This document shows positions 21,576-32,013 of a stretch of DNA of 64,000 nt, piece by piece. Numbering within the stretch: position 1 is the stretch's first letter; every line of letters begins with the position of its first letter. Position numbers and translations under genes: made by a program. The stretch comes from Spirochaetaceae bacterium (GTDB lineage Bacteria; Spirochaetota; Spirochaetia; DSM-2461). The DNA is taken from NCBI GenBank assembly GCA_965224705.1, contig OZ245056.1:416001-480000 (forward strand), in the 5' to 3' direction. Under the pieces are notes generated by a model. The model had not been told where the DNA came from, ran no database searches, and saw only the letters and a program-made list of their open reading frames with translations.

Positions 21576-23554
21576 GCATTGCCATCTTATTATTGCTTCC
21601 CCTGACAGTGGATGCTCTGGAAGATGAAAGCCTGCAGCTGGAGCCTCCCAAGGCTGTGAGAGGTCAAAAGGTTACAATTACGATTCGGACAGATTTGCCC
21701 TGGAGTGATGAAGTTCGGATTGATTATCCGCAGTTTGAAGAATCAATAGTCTGGTGGTCGTATCCATATGCCATGCCCTGGGGAAGAATTGATGACGATG
21801 GTTCAATTTCGAGACTCATTCAGGTACGGGCAGCTATCCGGGTGGATGAAATTGGTTTCCATACTATTGAACCTTTTTCCATACAATCTGGAGAAAATGA
21901 ATTTATTACAGACGTAAAAAATCTTGTCTGTGTGGAAGTTGATGAGAAGAATTTACCATATCCGATTGTACTGCGATGGCGAAATCTGCCTGAAGTCATC
22001 TGGCAGGGACAAACAGTCCTCCTGTCACTTGAGGCCAGAAACTTCCCTTTTCTGGCATTTGCCGAGTCTTCAAAGTTAAATCAGGTGCCTGTCGGTCTGT
22101 TGGAAGACATACCAGATTATGGACAAATTATAACGAGGTCTTATGAGAACGATATCCTGTACGATGTCCCGGTGGCCTCCTGGCTCTGGACACTGAGTGA
22201 ACCTGGTACCTATTCTTTTCCTGGTGCTGAAGTGGTTATCAATGGACTTGTACGAAGTATTCAGGGGTTTTCATTGACAGTGAGGGAACTGCCTGCCCCT
22301 GCGAATGAATACGGAGCTATAGGAAATTTTCGTCTGGATGCAGGATGGGAGGACAGGCAATACAGCATCGGTGAGATTGTCACCATAAGAGTACGCGTTG
22401 AAGGAGTTGGAAATTTGAGTGTGCTGCGTACTCCCATCCCGAAATTCCCCGGCGCAGAACTTGTCAGTTCAGGTTCTCAATCATCCATCTTCCCCGATAT
22501 ATCCGGATACAGGGGCTGGAGAGAGGATCATTATGATTACCGCATCAATGCAGCAGGTGAATTGGGGATGATCCTTCCAGAATGGACATGGTTCAATCCT
22601 CAGCAGCCAGATCAATTTCAGGGTGCTGAAAGAAGAACATATACGATTCAGAGTCGGGATGTTTCCAGTGAAACTGTGGTGAATGCTGCAGATCTGCTGC
22701 TGGGAATTGAGATGTTCAGGTACCGTGCATCTGTATTCCATGCTCAGCGATTACAATGGTACCTGCTTCTGCTCCCTGGTTTCCTGATGATGCTCTTTTT
22801 TCCATACCTGAAAAAGAACCGGCAGTTTTTTGCATTGGGAACTGGTGTTTTCATCCTTATGGCGGCTGCAGCCAATGATGTTTCCGATGCAGAAACAGCG
22901 ACAGAAGCCAGGAATTCTGCTCAAAGTGGAGAATGGGATAAGGCGGATCAATCCATGGATGTTCTCAGGGAGAAGTATGGAAACTCTCCAGGTTTTCTGC
23001 ACGACAGGGCCATCATCGCCATGGAAAAGAATCAACCCGATGCGGCGGTCAAACTCATACGGCAGAGTTTGTACTTACGGCCGGGAGATAAAAGATTGAT
23101 GAGAACTCTGGAATTCATGGAAGATCGTCTTGGGTTGTCAGACCAGGTAAGTCCTCCCCTCAAATGGCCGCCATCACTGGCTTTTGCTGTCTGGCTCATC
23201 ATTGTCCATGCTGTATTTGCGGTAGTGACAATGCTGCTGTTCAAACGTGAAGCTCGAGAATACATTCTTCTTGTTTCTGTCTCAATACTTTTTGCTGCTG
23301 CTACATCATTTCTGATTTACACTCATACTCTCTGGAACAGGGAAATTGGGATAGTCAATTCTCAATCTCAGGTTTTACGCAGGATTCCTGTCCCCCTTGC
23401 TCCGGAGTGGATGAAACTTCCGGTTGGTACTGCTGTAGAGGTGATTGCCGTTGAGAACCTGAATTGTCTGGTCCGTACGAGCTACGGGCTGGAAGGCTGG
23501 CTGGCACTGGAATCAATTAACCTTGTCAATGAGGGAATCAATGGATTTCGATGA
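21530..23554 (+). CDS. BatD-like protein fused to BatE-like TPR/SH3 region
   Basis: GAIGNF and VRVEGVGNL BatD-like motifs, TM, TPR, C-terminal SH3-like GLEGWL. Confidence 0.7.
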   Translation: MDFSENRGIKRTRLVGIAILLLLPLTVDALEDESLQLEPPKAVRGQKVTITIRTDLPWSDEVRIDYPQFEESIVWWSYPYAMPWGRIDDDGSISRLIQVRAAIRVDEIGFHTIEPFSIQSGENEFITDVKNLVCVEVDEKNLPYPIVLRWRNLPEVIWQGQTVLLSLEARNFPFLAFAESSKLNQVPVGLLEDIPDYGQIITRSYENDILYDVPVASWLWTLSEPGTYSFPGAEVVINGLVRSIQGFSLTVRELPAPANEYGAIGNFRLDAGWEDRQYSIGEIVTIRVRVEGVGNLSVLRTPIPKFPGAELVSSGSQSSIFPDISGYRGWREDHYDYRINAAGELGMILPEWTWFNPQQPDQFQGAERRTYTIQSRDVSSETVVNAADLLLGIEMFRYRASVFHAQRLQWYLLLLPGFLMMLFFPYLKKNRQFFALGTGVFILMAAAANDVSDAETATEARNSAQSGEWDKADQSMDVLREKYGNSPGFLHDRAIIAMEKNQPDAAVKLIRQSLYLRPGDKRLMRTLEFMEDRLGLSDQVSPPLKWPPSLAFAVWLIIVHAVFAVVTMLLFKREAREYILLVSVSILFAAATSFLIYTHTLWNREIGIVNSQSQVLRRIPVPLAPEWMKLPVGTAVEVIAVENLNCLVRTSYGLEGWLALESINLVNEGINGFR

Positions 23555-24008
23555 TATTCTGAACCAGTGGAATGTGGGTGTTGCCCGGAAAAGGAAGAAG
23601 CAGGGTCTGGAATCTCCCAATTCAGAATTCAATAACTGGCTTGATCAATATCCTCCCGGCACCGGTCATGTTGCCGAAAAAGAAATCCACCATAAGCCGC
23701 AGTATCGGAAAAAAAACCATAAAGTACAGAAGCATCACCCCCAGGACTCATTAAATCTTCATGGATACAGTTGTGAGGAGGCTGAAGAAGAATTAAACAA
23801 TTTCATGATATCCATGCGGAAACGCAATCTCAGGACAGGACTCATAATTCATGGTAAAGGACTGCATTCCTCTGGAAAACCAGTTCTGGCCCCCCTGGTT
23901 CGTCAATATCTGGCGTCTTCAAGTGTTGTTGTCAAGTTTGGCCGTGCATTAAATAAGCATGGAGGTTCAGGTGCTACCTGGTTTGTTCTTGATTATCGAT
24001 CTCGATGA
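23541..24008 (+). CDS. Smr domain protein
   Basis: LNLHG, IIHGKG, GGSGAT. Confidence 0.88.
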   Translation: MDFDDILNQWNVGVARKRKKQGLESPNSEFNNWLDQYPPGTGHVAEKEIHHKPQYRKKNHKVQKHHPQDSLNLHGYSCEEAEEELNNFMISMRKRNLRTGLIIHGKGLHSSGKPVLAPLVRQYLASSSVVVKFGRALNKHGGSGATWFVLDYRSR

Positions 24009-24208
24009 ACTATTCGGCCCCGTGTCAAATCATAGGGGGACAGTTCAACACGGACCTGGTCTCCCGGGACAATGCGAATATAATGTTTCCTCATCTTACC
24101 TGAGAGATAGGCGAGGATTAAATGACCCGCCTTTAATTCTACACGGAACATAGTGTTCGGTAAGGATTCTTTAACAATTCCTGCTACTTCTATGGCATCT
24201 TCCTTCAA
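23993..24208 (-). CDS. infA: Translation initiation factor IF-1
   Basis: KEDAIEVAG...[10 protein letters not shown]...[30 protein letters not shown] start after GGAAGG gives 71 aa. Confidence 0.96.
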   Translation of the reverse strand: MKEDAIEVAGIVKESLPNTMFRVELKAGHLILAYLSGKMRKHYIRIVPGDQVRVELSPYDLTRGRIVHRDR

Positions 24209-24534
24209 TAACGACCTTCCTTTTTTATACAGTGACACCTCTAAAAGACATCCATTCCTGCTTAGCTGAACTATTTCTACCGTTTCAATGCTGCAGAATC
24301 CCCGTGTAATCCAGAGCATGAGCAACAGCCGGTATAGGATGCAGACAGTCCCACTCAGGATCTGCCGCCTCGTATTGCAGTCAAATCTCTGCACCAGTTT
24401 CCAGAAATGGATTGTTTTAAGTGCTCCAGCATTCATGCTAATTGACTGGAGAGAATGAGTCAAGATGTGTAAGAGCTGTTAAAACTCAACAACTCTGTTT
24501 CATTGTCCGATAATACTATTGGAGGAATAGAACA

Positions 24535-24921
24535 ATGTACTTCGGTTCTGTCGGTGGAACAATGTCATCAATGCAGCTCAATAGAATTTCTCAATCGGGA
24601 AGTCGAGTGCTTGTACCTGTCCGACCATCCCAGACAGCCATTGCTCAGTACCGATACATAGGGGGTACTCCGGCTTCCAATGGTCAACAGACGGTACCTT
24701 TACCGAGAATTCACCTGTTGAACACTCTGATCAATAAACTTATGACTCGAAATAAAAATCTGGTTCCTCATTCCATACAGGACATCTCACCGGAACAAAC
24801 TGATGCACTGTTGAAACAATATGCTTCAGAACTTCACCAGGCCATAAAGGCTGTACCTGAATCGTTCGGCACTTTTGGTAGTAGTGTAGATGTCGGAATG
24901 CTGTTTCAATTCAGTGTGTAG
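24535..24921 (+). CDS. Hypothetical protein
   Basis: 128-aa ORF with strong GGAGGA RBS; overlaps next gene. Confidence 0.7.
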   Translation: MYFGSVGGTMSSMQLNRISQSGSRVLVPVRPSQTAIAQYRYIGGTPASNGQQTVPLPRIHLLNTLINKLMTRNKNLVPHSIQDISPEQTDALLKQYASELHQAIKAVPESFGTFGSSVDVGMLFQFSV

Positions 24922-26113
24922 AACTCCTTTACTTGTTCTGATTTGCGTCACAGCAGTAACTTCATCAATAGATTCTCAAGTTTTATTCCAATACAAGCAC
25001 AACAGCGGTGACAGGTGGCATATCACAAGCCGCATCAATGAAGAAGTCTTACTGGATGGAGAAATTCTTAAGAAGGTTGAAATTCTTAACAAGATTTCAG
25101 TGGAAGTCTTAAAAGGGAATGGTTCTGATGGACTCATATATAATCACTATCAGATTGCGGAACAGGTTCTGGGGGAGGACTTTTATAGATGGAATGAGGA
25201 GTATGATGTCACCTATGGTCGTGATGTCCGTGGGCGGCTCTCAGGACTGAAAAGAAACACTTCCATACCACCTGTGAGAAATGTTCCCGTCTATCCAGCC
25301 GAACCTGTTGAGACAGGCGGCATCTGGGAAGCTCGAGGTCAGGAGTATTTCGATTTACAGTACACCTATAATATCCGGGAGTTAATCGCAGTTGAATTCA
25401 TGGCAAGTTATAAATATGAAGGACCGGAACTCATTGATGACCGTAAAACTGATAGGGTATTGATTGAATACTCATTCAACTGGAAACCTGATGCGTCACT
25501 CAATCGGCGTCTGAAGAAATATGCAATTCATCCCGTAAGTCTTGAAGGAACATTTGTTCAGAATATCTATTGGGATCAAATTGCCGGAAGAAACTATGCA
25601 GAAGAAGGGACTTTTTCATATACATATCTCATGAATAATGGTCATACTTATACTTTCAGGGGAACTTCCCATGGCCGGGCAGTGTATGCTGAATTCATGG
25701 ATAAGGAGAGCCTTGTCAGGGAGATTGAAAGCCTGGACAGCGTCGATGCATTTGTCACAGATGATGGTGTAAGCCTGACTCTTGATAATATCCATTTTGT
25801 CCCTGATAGTGCAGAGATGCTGCCTGGAGAGGAAAAAAAGCTTGCAGGCATAGCAGAAATTCTGCGAAAAATCCCGGATCGAGACATTCTTATCATTGGG
25901 CATACTGCGTCTGTCAGTCCAGATCATGATGGTCAGGAACTCTCCGAGAAGAGAGCGGGAGCTGTTTCCAGGTATTTCACAGACTTGAATATTCGGAAAT
26001 CAACTCAAATAATAGTAAAAGGGATGGGAGATAGCCAGCCGCTTGCCTATAATGGTACGGAAGAGGGTCGTAGAAGAAATCGGCGTGTCGAGATAATTAT
26101 ATTGGAGAATTAG
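24890..26113 (+). CDS. OmpA-family peptidoglycan-binding protein
   Basis: IHFVPDSA, IGHTA, LSEKRA, GMGDSQP, NRRVEI; N-terminal signal-like segment. Confidence 0.88.
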   Translation: MSECCFNSVCRTPLLVLICVTAVTSSIDSQVLFQYKHNSGDRWHITSRINEEVLLDGEILKKVEILNKISVEVLKGNGSDGLIYNHYQIAEQVLGEDFYRWNEEYDVTYGRDVRGRLSGLKRNTSIPPVRNVPVYPAEPVETGGIWEARGQEYFDLQYTYNIRELIAVEFMASYKYEGPELIDDRKTDRVLIEYSFNWKPDASLNRRLKKYAIHPVSLEGTFVQNIYWDQIAGRNYAEEGTFSYTYLMNNGHTYTFRGTSHGRAVYAEFMDKESLVREIESLDSVDAFVTDDGVSLTLDNIHFVPDSAEMLPGEEKKLAGIAEILRKIPDRDILIIGHTASVSPDHDGQELSEKRAGAVSRYFTDLNIRKSTQIIVKGMGDSQPLAYNGTEEGRRRNRRVEIIILEN

Positions 26114-27247
26114 ATGAACAGTCTACAATCGTTGAAGTTTCAAATCATGAATACAGAAGCATCCATTGCTGCTGAAAAGGAAAAAGAATGGGCCGTTCTT
26201 ACTCATCTCGGGCAGGCTGTTTATGATTCTGAAGCTCGTAAGACTTTGCCGGAAGAATTGATTTATCCAGTGGACATGGCCGCAGACAAGATTAACACTC
26301 TGGAAGACTCGCTCCGACAACTTCTTGAAACGGAAGAACTCAGTACAACACTTTCTGAAGAAAAACAATCACTGAATGTTGAACTGCGCAATCTTAGAAA
26401 TAAAACTCAAAGCTGTTTGGAGGAATTCGCAAAAAGTGCATGGGAGTATTGGAAAACCGCACAGGAACCAGAGGAATTAGGAGAAGCACTTGAGGAAATC
26501 ATTAAAGCAGATGATCGCATCAAGGCTGTCGATAATGCGGCTTCCCGCAATGCACAGCTCAATGGGAATTGGGGCGGTTCAATACTATCAAGAGGCAGGG
26601 CCCTGTTTTTGTCTGGACGCCGTCGAACAGCTTCAACTGTAATGGAAAGGCTCTGGGGTGTTGTTGGCCGCAGGATTTACGAGAATATAGATGCACAGAT
26701 TTTCAGCAATACCAGCGTGGAAGCATCTGCTGAAGCCCTGAAGGCAATTGAAGTAAGAAAACTGGAAATACAGGACAGTCTTCTTCAACTGGCTGCCAAA
26801 AATGAAGACCGTGAGGCAAAACTTGAAAAACTGCCTGGTAAGGGAAGTCTTCGCAATCGGATCAATATGATTGAGAAGATGCTGAAGGATGACCGGATTT
26901 CATTGGATGAAGCGTTAAACAGTCTGGGAACTGCCTGGCTGGATACCGATGTTGACGATGAATTCATTGAATTGGGCGGGGATCATAAGAAGGACTGGGA
27001 TGAAATCCGTCGTACAATCAAAAATCTTGAAGAAACAAAAAACTCATTGGAAGCTCATTGCAGATATCAGGACGCAGAAGCAGCCTGGAGCAAGCAGGCC
27101 GTGCGTGTTGAAAACTTAGATGCCCGGCTGAAGAAATTGCAGGCACAGCTCAAGACCGCCAGGAAGGATTTATCAGCACTCGATAAAAAAAGAACGAAGC
27201 TCAAAGAATCATTAATACCCCTGCCTGATTCTCAAGAAAACGACTGA
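26114..27247 (+). CDS. Coiled-coil protein of unknown function
   Basis: E/K/L-rich heptad pattern throughout; abuts the upstream stop. Confidence 0.65.
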   Translation: MNSLQSLKFQIMNTEASIAAEKEKEWAVLTHLGQAVYDSEARKTLPEELIYPVDMAADKINTLEDSLRQLLETEELSTTLSEEKQSLNVELRNLRNKTQSCLEEFAKSAWEYWKTAQEPEELGEALEEIIKADDRIKAVDNAASRNAQLNGNWGGSILSRGRALFLSGRRRTASTVMERLWGVVGRRIYENIDAQIFSNTSVEASAEALKAIEVRKLEIQDSLLQLAAKNEDREAKLEKLPGKGSLRNRINMIEKMLKDDRISLDEALNSLGTAWLDTDVDDEFIELGGDHKKDWDEIRRTIKNLEETKNSLEAHCRYQDAEAAWSKQAVRVENLDARLKKLQAQLKTARKDLSALDKKRTKLKESLIPLPDSQEND

Positions 27248-27275
27248 GGGTATTTCATTAAAAATATGAGAAATC

Positions 27276-29246
27276 ATGCCTAAACTTCCATCTTCGATCG
27301 GAAAATACAAAGTTATAGATCGTCTTGGAAGGGGGGGGATGGGATTGGTCTATAAGGCCCTGCATCCTACCCTTGATACATTCGTTGTACTGAAGAAGCT
27401 CATGTTGAAAGGAGATAGTGTACATCGTGAACGCTTTCGCCGGGAAGCGGCTCTCATGATGGCACTCCGCCATGAAAATGTGGTTGGCGTATACGATCAT
27501 TTCAAGGCAGGCAGTTCCTGTTTTCTTGCTATGGAGTATGTGGATGGATATTCGCTGGCTGAGTTAATTGCCCGGGAAGGACCCATGCATCCAGATGAAG
27601 CGGCATGGCTCACAGGGAAGGTTGCACTGGCTCTGGAGCATATTCATGAAAATGGGATAATCCACCGTGATCTCAAGCTGTCCAACATTCTCCTCGCACA
27701 GGATGGTTCGGTGAAGCTTGGAGATTTCGGGATTGCATTTTCCCCCGGCGGCAGTGATGTTCTTACGGACGAGGGGACAGCCCTTGGCACCCCCTCATTT
27801 ATGGCCCCCGAACAATTGGTGGATGCCCGTCAGGCCGATGAACGCTCGGACATCTGGTCTCTGGGTGTGTGTTTCTTTGAATTGTTAACATCCCTGAAAT
27901 TCGTTACCGGCCCGACACCTGCAGCCATTAGAGCACTCCTCCCAACAGCTGTGAAGAGTTACAGGAAGAAACTCCCTCACACTCTGTCCCATCAACACCG
28001 CAGATTTTTAAAAAAATGCCTTCAAATTCGCCCGACATCCCGTATGTCCGGGGGAAATGCCGCTGTCAAAGCATTGGATGCAAACCGAAATCAGGAAATG
28101 CCGATTCAGTTGAAATTACGGCTGGACAGATTGTCTGGATCAGAGGATGTACTCCGGTCACATCCGTCGGAGCCTCCGGCCGCCCATGGAAAGACAGGAA
28201 CTCGCAAGCCGTTGCGCCTTGACTCCCTTTTCTCCCGTATCATCCGGAAGCCGGAACAAGGTCAGATTGAAGAACGAAGGACTGCTAGAGATATGAACGG
28301 GAAACTTCGCCGACCAAAATTCTTTTCCTTTGCTGTGATTGCTATTCCAGTTTTATTCATTCTTACAGTTCTACTTGTTCCGGGGCTCTGGGATGAAGTA
28401 ATGAGATCCAATCGCTATGGACGCCTGCAGCTTTCCCTGGATTTTCCAGACCAGGCACCCTCTCATTGGATTAGTTCTGTAAAAGTAAGGATATACACCA
28501 TGGATGGGGATACCCTGACTGAAATTGCTACCCCCATACTCAGATTGAACCGGGACAACACCCGTATGAGAAGCCGCCCAATTTCCCTTCAATCCGGCCC
28601 GTATCGGCTGAGCTGGAGTCTTGGCGATCGTATAGTCTGGAAGTCATTCAACCTGAGTTCCATAAGGGAGAATCGTGCTCAGGGGAACCATCCATTCATG
28701 ATAGAAGAAACCCTTGGCGAACCTCCAGTGTTTCCGCTGAACCTTGAAGTAACGGCCAGGAATGCTCTCACGGAAGAAGAGGTACCGGTTCAGGCAGCAT
28801 GGGAACGCCTGGATGAATCTACCGGAGAATTTGAATCGGGCGGAATTTACGAGTTGACCTTTCAATCTGATGGATTCATCCAGGAAACTTTTACAATTGC
28901 CACCAGTCCATGGCGGCGGGAAGTCAGCATCCATGCCGCACTCTGGCCGAATCCGGGATATATCCGGCTTTATAATTCCAGCTCTCGAAGAATTCTACCC
29001 CGATTAGACGGGAAACGTTCCTATCTCAATCTGGCCGAAAGTCCACGTCTCAGTCATTTACAGTTTCTATCTCCGGGAGAGAACGTTTTATACACCCTCT
29101 TACCCGGCGAATACACAATAACACCGGGTCCGGGTAAAAAGGGTCAGCAGCAGTTTACACTGGATTCTGGCGAACAACTCGATCTCATCATTGAAATGGG
29201 CAGTGACAGAAATACCTCCATCCGCATCAGACAGGAAAGCCAGTAG
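27276..29246 (+). CDS. Membrane Hanks-type Ser/Thr protein kinase
   Basis: GRGGMG, HRDLKLSN, DFG, GTPSFMAPE, DIWSLG; one TM; extracytoplasmic C-terminus. Confidence 0.93.
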   Translation: MPKLPSSIGKYKVIDRLGRGGMGLVYKALHPTLDTFVVLKKLMLKGDSVHRERFRREAALMMALRHENVVGVYDHFKAGSSCFLAMEYVDGYSLAELIAREGPMHPDEAAWLTGKVALALEHIHENGIIHRDLKLSNILLAQDGSVKLGDFGIAFSPGGSDVLTDEGTALGTPSFMAPEQLVDARQADERSDIWSLGVCFFELLTSLKFVTGPTPAAIRALLPTAVKSYRKKLPHTLSHQHRRFLKKCLQIRPTSRMSGGNAAVKALDANRNQEMPIQLKLRLDRLSGSEDVLRSHPSEPPAAHGKTGTRKPLRLDSLFSRIIRKPEQGQIEERRTARDMNGKLRRPKFFSFAVIAIPVLFILTVLLVPGLWDEVMRSNRYGRLQLSLDFPDQAPSHWISSVKVRIYTMDGDTLTEIATPILRLNRDNTRMRSRPISLQSGPYRLSWSLGDRIVWKSFNLSSIRENRAQGNHPFMIEETLGEPPVFPLNLEVTARNALTEEEVPVQAAWERLDESTGEFESGGIYELTFQSDGFIQETFTIATSPWRREVSIHAALWPNPGYIRLYNSSSRRILPRLDGKRSYLNLAESPRLSHLQFLSPGENVLYTLLPGEYTITPGPGKKGQQQFTLDSGEQLDLIIEMGSDRNTSIRIRQESQ

Positions 29247-29345
29247 CAGGTTATACGCCCATCCCTCGCTCCAGCCGCAACTGTGTCAGGCGGCATTCTG
29301 TCGACATCGTAATGGTGAAGAAGGACGGAGAGGGAATGTACATTC

Positions 29346-29807
29346 TCAGAAGTCCTCGTTGTTATGGCTGTCGATAATGACAGTAACCGGACCCTCATTG
29401 ACCGTTTCCAGTCTCATTGCCTGCCCGAATTCACCGGTAGGAATATTCCTGCCCAGTTCCCGGGAAAGGGTGCTGACAAAATTTTCATAAAGGGGGATGG
29501 CTTTGTCCGGTAATGCGGCCTGGTGAAAGGAAGGACGGTTCCCTTTCCTGGTACTGGCCAGCAAAGTAAATTGACTGACGACCAGGGCCTCTCCATTGAC
29601 ATCTTCCAGAGAAAGGTTCATCTTTCCTGCCTCATCCTCGAAGATTCGAATTTTCAAGATTTTCCGGGCCAGCCATTGGCTGTCCTGGAGAGTATCATCC
29701 TGATCCACACCAAGCAGAATCATCAAGCCCTTACCGATAGATCTTGTATTATTACTCCCCTTGATAACAACTGAGGCCTGACTCACCCGCTGAATAATGG
29801 CTTTCAT
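29346..29807 (-). CDS. dtd: D-aminoacyl-tRNA deacylase
   Basis: MKAIIQRV, SQFTL, NEGPVT. Confidence 0.96.
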   Translation of the reverse strand: MKAIIQRVSQASVVIKGSNNTRSIGKGLMILLGVDQDDTLQDSQWLARKILKIRIFEDEAGKMNLSLEDVNGEALVVSQFTLLASTRKGNRPSFHQAALPDKAIPLYENFVSTLSRELGRNIPTGEFGQAMRLETVNEGPVTVIIDSHNNEDF

Positions 29808-29885
29808 AAACCCTCCGTTCACAGTATATTTCCTTCGGTCTTAAGAGTATGTACGGTTATCACCTGTTATACTATTATTTCCGAC

Positions 29886-30617
29886 ATGAAAAACTACCTG
29901 ACAGGAGTTCATGGAATAGCTGAAGCCATGAAGAAGCGAACGTGCATCTTCTACTATTCAAAGAAGAGTAAACGCATTTCTGAACTGACAGGCCTTGCAC
30001 GGCAGTGTGGTGTTCCCAGTTATAATGTTGCCGATAAGGAGATTACCCGCATGGTTTCATCGGGAAGCCATCGAGGCTATGTTCTTGAAATTGATGTCCA
30101 TGAGAATAAGATTAATAGTCTGGATGATCTATGGGCAGAGGCAGGAGATTCAAGCCTTGTAATCGTTCTTGATTGTATAACTGATCCGGGAAACCTTGGA
30201 GCAGTCATAAGAGGAGCCGAGCAGTTTTCTGCTGATGCCGTCATCATTCCCAGACGTCGATCTGCCAACCAGTATGCCGATTCTCTGAGCCGGGCTTCAG
30301 CAGGAGCAATTGAATGGGTTCCTCTGATTGAAGTCCAGAACATCAACCATATCCTGAAAGATCTGAAAACAAATAATTATTGGATATGGGGTGCCGTAAC
30401 GGATGGTGAACCCGTCAGCAAAACCAATCTCACAGGACGGACTGTGCTTGTAATGGGACGGGAAGGTGAAGGATTGCATCGTCTGGTTCGGGAAGGTTGT
30501 GATGGACTTGTGAGTATCCCGACATCCGGTAAACTGGATTCCCTCAATGTGGCCACAGCAGCAGGTATTCTTATGTATGAAGTTCGACGTCAGCAAAGTG
30601 CTCAGGATCTTCATTAA
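29886..30617 (+). CDS. rlmB: 23S rRNA Gm2251 methyltransferase (TrmH/SpoU family)
   Basis: ITDPGNLGAVIR, GREGEGL, SLNVATAAGILMYE. Confidence 0.85.
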   Translation: MKNYLTGVHGIAEAMKKRTCIFYYSKKSKRISELTGLARQCGVPSYNVADKEITRMVSSGSHRGYVLEIDVHENKINSLDDLWAEAGDSSLVIVLDCITDPGNLGAVIRGAEQFSADAVIIPRRRSANQYADSLSRASAGAIEWVPLIEVQNINHILKDLKTNNYWIWGAVTDGEPVSKTNLTGRTVLVMGREGEGLHRLVREGCDGLVSIPTSGKLDSLNVATAAGILMYEVRRQQSAQDLH

Positions 30618-30713
30618 AAAACAAAAATTCATGAAGTACTTCCCATCAATGCTTGCATGTATCATGTCAATATGTTAAATCCCTACGATTGATAGATCAA
30701 AGGAGAAAGAATA

Positions 30714-31886
30714 TTGGCAGAAGAACTCTCTTATGTTTTAACGACTCCCTATACAATTGCAAAATCCCGGACTGGCGGAATCCTCTCAAGACTCTTTTCA
30801 AGGGTAGATCTTGATCTGGTTGCCGCACAGGTTTTTACTCCGGACAGGAAAACCGTTGAAAAATATGCTGCTTCGGTGATAAAGCATTCCAATCCAAACA
30901 AGCCCGGCAGTGCTGAAATCCTCAGCAAATATGTCCTGGACAACATGACTCCCAGTGATGGACGGCCCCACAGGGTGGCACTTTTCCTTTTTCGGGGAGA
31001 GAATGCTGTCAGTCAGCTTATGGATCAGGTTGGTGCCCTCTATCCTGAAAACCGGGGTTTGGAGTCGATTACAGGTGAAACAATCCGGGACACCTATGCT
31101 GACCTGGTTCGAGCCCAGGATGGAAAAATCGTGTATTTTGAACCGGCACTGCTGACACCGCATTCCAAAGAATCAGCAAAGGAAAATCTCCTCCTTTTCA
31201 ATTCATTCATTCGCAATAAGGACAATATCGTCAAGAATCTCATACATGCCCAACCTGAAAGTATTGAACAAACTCTGGTCATTATCAAACCTGATAACTG
31301 GCGTACACGTTCAACACGTCCAGGTTCAATTATTGACATGTTCAGCCGTACGGGTTTGAGGATAGTTGGCATGAAACTGTATCAAATGTCTGCTTCTGAT
31401 GCCCTGGAGTTTTACGGAAGTGTTCAGTCTACGATTGAGGACAGAGTTGCACCAGATGCTGTAGAGCGGGCAATTGCCATATTGGAGGAAGAATTCAATA
31501 TGCAGTTTGAAACAGAATCCAGAAATGAATTCTCAGGATTCTTCAGCAAGGTGTTTTCCAAATATGAATTTGGCAGAATTGTTGAATTCATGTCAGGATG
31601 GCGGCCTGAGTTAGTTCCCATGGATGAAATGAACAGTCCAGGAACTGTCAAATCAATGGTTCTTGTCTATGAAGGAAGGAATGCTGTTCGGGAGATCCGG
31701 CAGGTTTTAGGGCCGACTGATCCGCACAATGCTCCAGGTGGTACGATTCGACGTGACTTTGGCAGTAACATCATGGTCAATGCAGTTCATGCTTCTGATT
31801 CACTTGAAAGTGCAGCACGTGAGTTTGATATAGTTAAAATCCATGAAAACAATCTTTCAGAACTGATTGAAGAGTTCTACAGATAG
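30714..31886 (+). CDS. ndk: Two-domain nucleoside diphosphate kinase
   Basis: TLVIIKPD, LGPTDP, GTIRRDFG, NAVHASDS in C-half; NDK-like N-half. Confidence 0.88.
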   Translation: MAEELSYVLTTPYTIAKSRTGGILSRLFSRVDLDLVAAQVFTPDRKTVEKYAASVIKHSNPNKPGSAEILSKYVLDNMTPSDGRPHRVALFLFRGENAVSQLMDQVGALYPENRGLESITGETIRDTYADLVRAQDGKIVYFEPALLTPHSKESAKENLLLFNSFIRNKDNIVKNLIHAQPESIEQTLVIIKPDNWRTRSTRPGSIIDMFSRTGLRIVGMKLYQMSASDALEFYGSVQSTIEDRVAPDAVERAIAILEEEFNMQFETESRNEFSGFFSKVFSKYEFGRIVEFMSGWRPELVPMDEMNSPGTVKSMVLVYEGRNAVREIRQVLGPTDPHNAPGGTIRRDFGSNIMVNAVHASDSLESAAREFDIVKIHENNLSELIEEFYR

Positions 31887-31891
31887 AATGA

Positions 31892-31924
31892 TGCCTGCAG
31901 CAGCCTCCCATTCTGCTCCAGGCA
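31892..31924 (+). terminator. Hairpin after ndk
   Basis: TGCCTGCAGCAG/CTGCTCCAGGCA 12-bp stem with one mismatch, followed by AT-rich DNA; no clean U tract. Confidence 0.4.
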
Positions 31925-32013
31925 GTGAAATTATTAATTAATTAAAAAAAACACACATTCCTGATTAATCAAGCACTTGCAAGCTCGTCATAGGAGTTGA
32001 AAGGAAGTGCAAG

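Noticed and set aside
24209..24463. 156-aa extended IF-1
   Set aside because: TTG 24208 with an RBS gives the standard 71 aa; the extension has no recognisable features.
27331..27338. G8 tract in the kinase as a phase-variation site
   Set aside because: Explained by the Gly-rich loop GRGGM; the frame is intact and the tract short.
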